DNA of 17,507 bases from an uncultured Porphyromonadaceae bacterium (GTDB lineage Bacteria; Bacteroidota; Bacteroidia; Bacteroidales; Muribaculaceae): the NCBI GenBank assembly GCA_947176925.1, contig CAMWSN010000038.1, positions 1-17,507 on the forward strand, written 5' to 3'. The notes under the pieces are model-generated. The model worked only from the letters and a program-made list of their open reading frames with translations. It was not told the origin of the DNA and did no database searches. Shown in pieces: positions 15,516 to 17,507 of the stretch. The position numbers and the translations under genes were made by a program. Position 1 is the first letter of the stretch, and each line of letters begins with the position of its first letter.

Positions 15516-15688
15516 CGAAAAAAATTAAAAGTGAAAAATTAAAAATGCAAAATAAGATAAAAGTCTTCAAAAATTAGTTTAAACTAAGTAAGAATCCGGG
15601 CTGGGTCACACTATACTTTGCTCTAAGGATAATGCGACCTGCTCCGGAGTCGACAATGGAGCGAAGGAGTTACATCAGTCCATTTTCG

Positions 15689-15757
15689 GCCAAATCATAA
15701 AGTAAATTCCAGCCAAATCATAAAGTAAATCTCGGCCAAATCATAAAGTAGACTTGT
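15689..15757 (+). repeat. three tandem 23-bp direct repeats with a 16-bp exact core (GCCAAATCATAAAGTA), plus an inverted partial copy (CCATATGATTT) and a T12 tract
   Basis: Read directly. The units are 15689-15711, 15712-15734 and 15735-15757. The partial inverted copy is at 15758-15768 and the T-run at 15766-15777. Confidence 0.8.
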
Positions 15758-15776
15758 CCATATGATTTTTTTTTTT

Positions 15777-15784
15777 TATCTTTG
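15777..15784 (+). promoter_or_regulatory. -7 box (TATCTTTG) for the ATPase gene
   Basis: It matches TAnnTTTG and is 31 nt upstream of the ATG at 15815. Confidence 0.3.
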
Positions 15785-15814
15785 TGGATATAAATAACGT
15801 CATATACTCAACTT

Positions 15815-17086
15815 ATGAATAATGAATTAATATATTTACCTCGCCTAAGTGATAAGCTTCTTGATAGAAAACTCCATACTTCCGGAGCCGTTTTGATAAC
15901 AGGATGTAAATGGTGTGGTAAAACCATGAGTGCTGAGCAATTTGCTAAAAGTGTGGTTTACATGCAGGACCCTGATAAATCATCATCCTATTTAGCTATG
16001 GCTGATACTAAGCCCTCATTGCTTTTGGCGGGTGAAAATCCTCGATTGATTGATGAATGGCAAATGGCCCCCGTTATTTGGGATGCTGTCAGGTATGAAG
16101 TGGATCGTCGTCGTTCACAAGGCCAATTTATTCTGACCGGCTCTGCAGTTCCCTTAGATAATGCAACTTTTCATACCGGAACCGGACGAATTTCAAGAAT
16201 GATGATGAGAACCATGAGTCTCTTTGAATCAAATGAATCCAATGGATCCATATCTTTAAGTGCCCTTTTTAATAATAAACAAGAAGATGGATCTGTTTCA
16301 AAGCTATCTATAGAGGATATTTCATACCTTATATGTCGCGGAGGATGGCCCATTTCATTATCCATGTCGAGCGAATATGCACTTGACGTTGCACGAAATT
16401 ATGTGGATGCAATCATTGAAGAAGATATTTCAAGAGTAGATGGAATTGAGCGGAATCCTCAAAGAGTTATGACATTATTAAGATCTCTCTCTCGAAATAT
16501 ATCAACTATGGCAACAAATTCCACTATATTATCGGATTTCGGAGACTCAGGTACTTCAATGTCAATACCAACTCTTGATTCATATATAAATGCATTGCGA
16601 AGGATTTTCGTTATTGAAGATGTTCCGGCATGGTCTCCATCAATGAGATCTAAAACAGCCTTACGAACTTCGCCAAAAAGAAATTTTGTTGATCCCTCAA
16701 TAGCGGCTGCTTCACTTCGTATAGGTCCTGAAAAGCTTCTTCAAGACTTTAATACATTCGGTTTTTTATTTGAATCACTCTGTGTAAGAGACATGAGAGT
16801 CTATGCACAGACCAATGATGGCGACGTCTACCATTACAGGGATAAAAATGAACTTGAGGCTGATATGATTATCTCTTTACGTGACGGGCGTTGGGCTCCG
16901 GTTGAAGTAAAATTGGGTCAAAAACAAATAGAAGAGGCTGCCGCTCACTTGATTAAACTTTCATCAAAAGTCAATGCAGAAAAGATGGGCAACCCTTCAT
17001 TTATGATGATCCTGACGGCAGGAGAATACGCTTACAAAAGAGCAGATGGAGTTTGGGTGGTGCCTTTAGGGTGTTTGAGAGATTAA
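15815..17086 (+). CDS. AAA-family ATPase (ATP-binding protein of the DUF4143 type)
   Basis: Walker A motif GCKWCGKT near the N-terminus. A 423-aa architecture typical of the widespread 'ATPase (AAA+ superfamily)/DUF4143' proteins. It is strongly AT-rich (about 35-40% GC against 50-60% in its neighbours). Confidence 0.75.
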   Translation: MNNELIYLPRLSDKLLDRKLHTSGAVLITGCKWCGKTMSAEQFAKSVVYMQDPDKSSSYLAMADTKPSLLLAGENPRLIDEWQMAPVIWDAVRYEVDRRRSQGQFILTGSAVPLDNATFHTGTGRISRMMMRTMSLFESNESNGSISLSALFNNKQEDGSVSKLSIEDISYLICRGGWPISLSMSSEYALDVARNYVDAIIEEDISRVDGIERNPQRVMTLLRSLSRNISTMATNSTILSDFGDSGTSMSIPTLDSYINALRRIFVIEDVPAWSPSMRSKTALRTSPKRNFVDPSIAAASLRIGPEKLLQDFNTFGFLFESLCVRDMRVYAQTNDGDVYHYRDKNELEADMIISLRDGRWAPVEVKLGQKQIEEAAAHLIKLSSKVNAEKMGNPSFMMILTAGEYAYKRADGVWVVPLGCLRD

Positions 17087-17419
17087 TTCGAGGGTGAAGT
17101 CAAGGGCTGAGTTGGCAGGGATCACGTCCATTACGGCCTCAGAGCCGTAGGCCATCTTCGGAGGGATGAATACGCGGTAAACTCCACCGAAATGCATCTT
17201 TTCAATGGCCTTGGCCAATCCGGGAATCAAACGGTTTAGGGGAAGGTCAATCGGTTGGTCAGTCTCGTCAAAAACCGTCCCGTTGCTGAGTTTTCCGGCA
17301 TAGATTACCTTTACCGTAGAGCCGGGAGCGGGACATTCACCCGAGCCTTCAACGAGGCGCTGGAGGATAATTCCGTCAGGAAGTCTTTCGGCGCGCGGAA
17401 GAGTGGCATTGGATTCCAC
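17066..17419 (-). CDS. FKBP-type peptidyl-prolyl cis-trans isomerase (cytoplasmic, single-domain)
   Basis: It aligns with the canonical FKBP domain (GIILQRLVEGSG...TVKVIYAGKLSNGTVFD...GVYRVFIPPKMAYG...VIPANSALDFTLELI). The apparent start is a GTG at 17419-17417, with an in-frame TAA 36 nt upstream. Its 3' end overlaps the convergent ATPase gene by 21 bp. Confidence 0.7.
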   Translation of the reverse strand: MESNATLPRAERLPDGIILQRLVEGSGECPAPGSTVKVIYAGKLSNGTVFDETDQPIDLPLNRLIPGLAKAIEKMHFGGVYRVFIPPKMAYGSEAVMDVIPANSALDFTLELISQTP

Positions 17420-17452
17420 CCAAGCAATTTCAGCGGCTTCGTCGGCAGTGGC

Positions 17453-17507
17453 TTATGGTTTGGGGGCAGGATTGACAATCATGCGTACGGCGGTTTCAGC
17501 CGAGATA
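17453..17507 (-). CDS. 3' end of an upstream minus-strand gene (...ISAETAVRMIVNPAPKP*), identity unknown
   Basis: The open frame runs off the window end and stops at TAA 17455-17453. Given the tandem FKBP context it could be a third PPIase, but only 18 codons are visible. Confidence 0.25.
   Translation of the reverse strand, partial: ISAETAVRMIVNPAPKP

Noticed and set aside
15590-15690. tRNA or tmRNA 3'-end-like sequence that could mark an integration site (GAATCCGGGCTGGGTCACA; palindromes CTCCGGAG and GTCGAC)
   Set aside because: I could not build a T-arm or acceptor stem (no GTTCRANYC loop and no CCA-adjacent 7-bp stem). It is probably just intergenic sequence, though an sRNA cannot be excluded.
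15689-15757. Possible CRISPR array
   Set aside because: There are only three directly abutting 23-bp repeats with no spacers, and no cas genes in the window.

Overview
This 17.5-kb window looks like a Bacteroidota (Bacteroidales-type) chromosome segment. The evidence is that TAnnTTTG '-7' promoter boxes recur about 30-40 nt upstream of start codons, no Shine-Dalgarno sequences are visible, and the genes present (a GH3-family gene, a DUF4143 ATPase, FKBP PPIases) are typical of that group. The flanks carry ordinary housekeeping genes. On the left are a partial TatD-family hydrolase and a GH3-family adenylating enzyme on the minus strand. On the right are two FKBP-type PPIases on the minus strand, with an AT-rich AAA-ATPase (DUF4143-like) gene inserted between them that is clearly foreign. 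The centre, 2050-14535 (about 12.5 kb), is a unidirectional block of 11 tightly packed plus-strand genes, and none has an obvious characterised function. I split it into two modules, separated by a 30-bp perfect palindrome/terminator at 7306-7335. Module 1 (2050-7269) has five genes. Its 406-aa protein has N- and C-terminal signatures that recall HK97-fold major capsid proteins, and a 62-aa acidic helical protein sits just upstream. I found no terminase Walker A motif and no recognisable tail genes. Module 2 (7402-14535) has six genes. The first is an SPFH/Band-7 (YdjI-like, PF13421-like) domain fused to a Gly/Met-rich linker and four zinc ribbons. It is followed by a 4-TM coiled-coil protein, a 693-aa single-TM protein with an acidic proline-rich repeat tail, a tandem pair of paralogous proteins, and a bactofilin-like beta-helix protein. 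Together the block looks like an undescribed capsid-like plus membrane-scaffold/cytoskeletal system, or a heavily remodelled prophage remnant joined to a Psp/YdjGHI-like membrane module. All functional calls come from motif recognition without any database search, so they are provisional.
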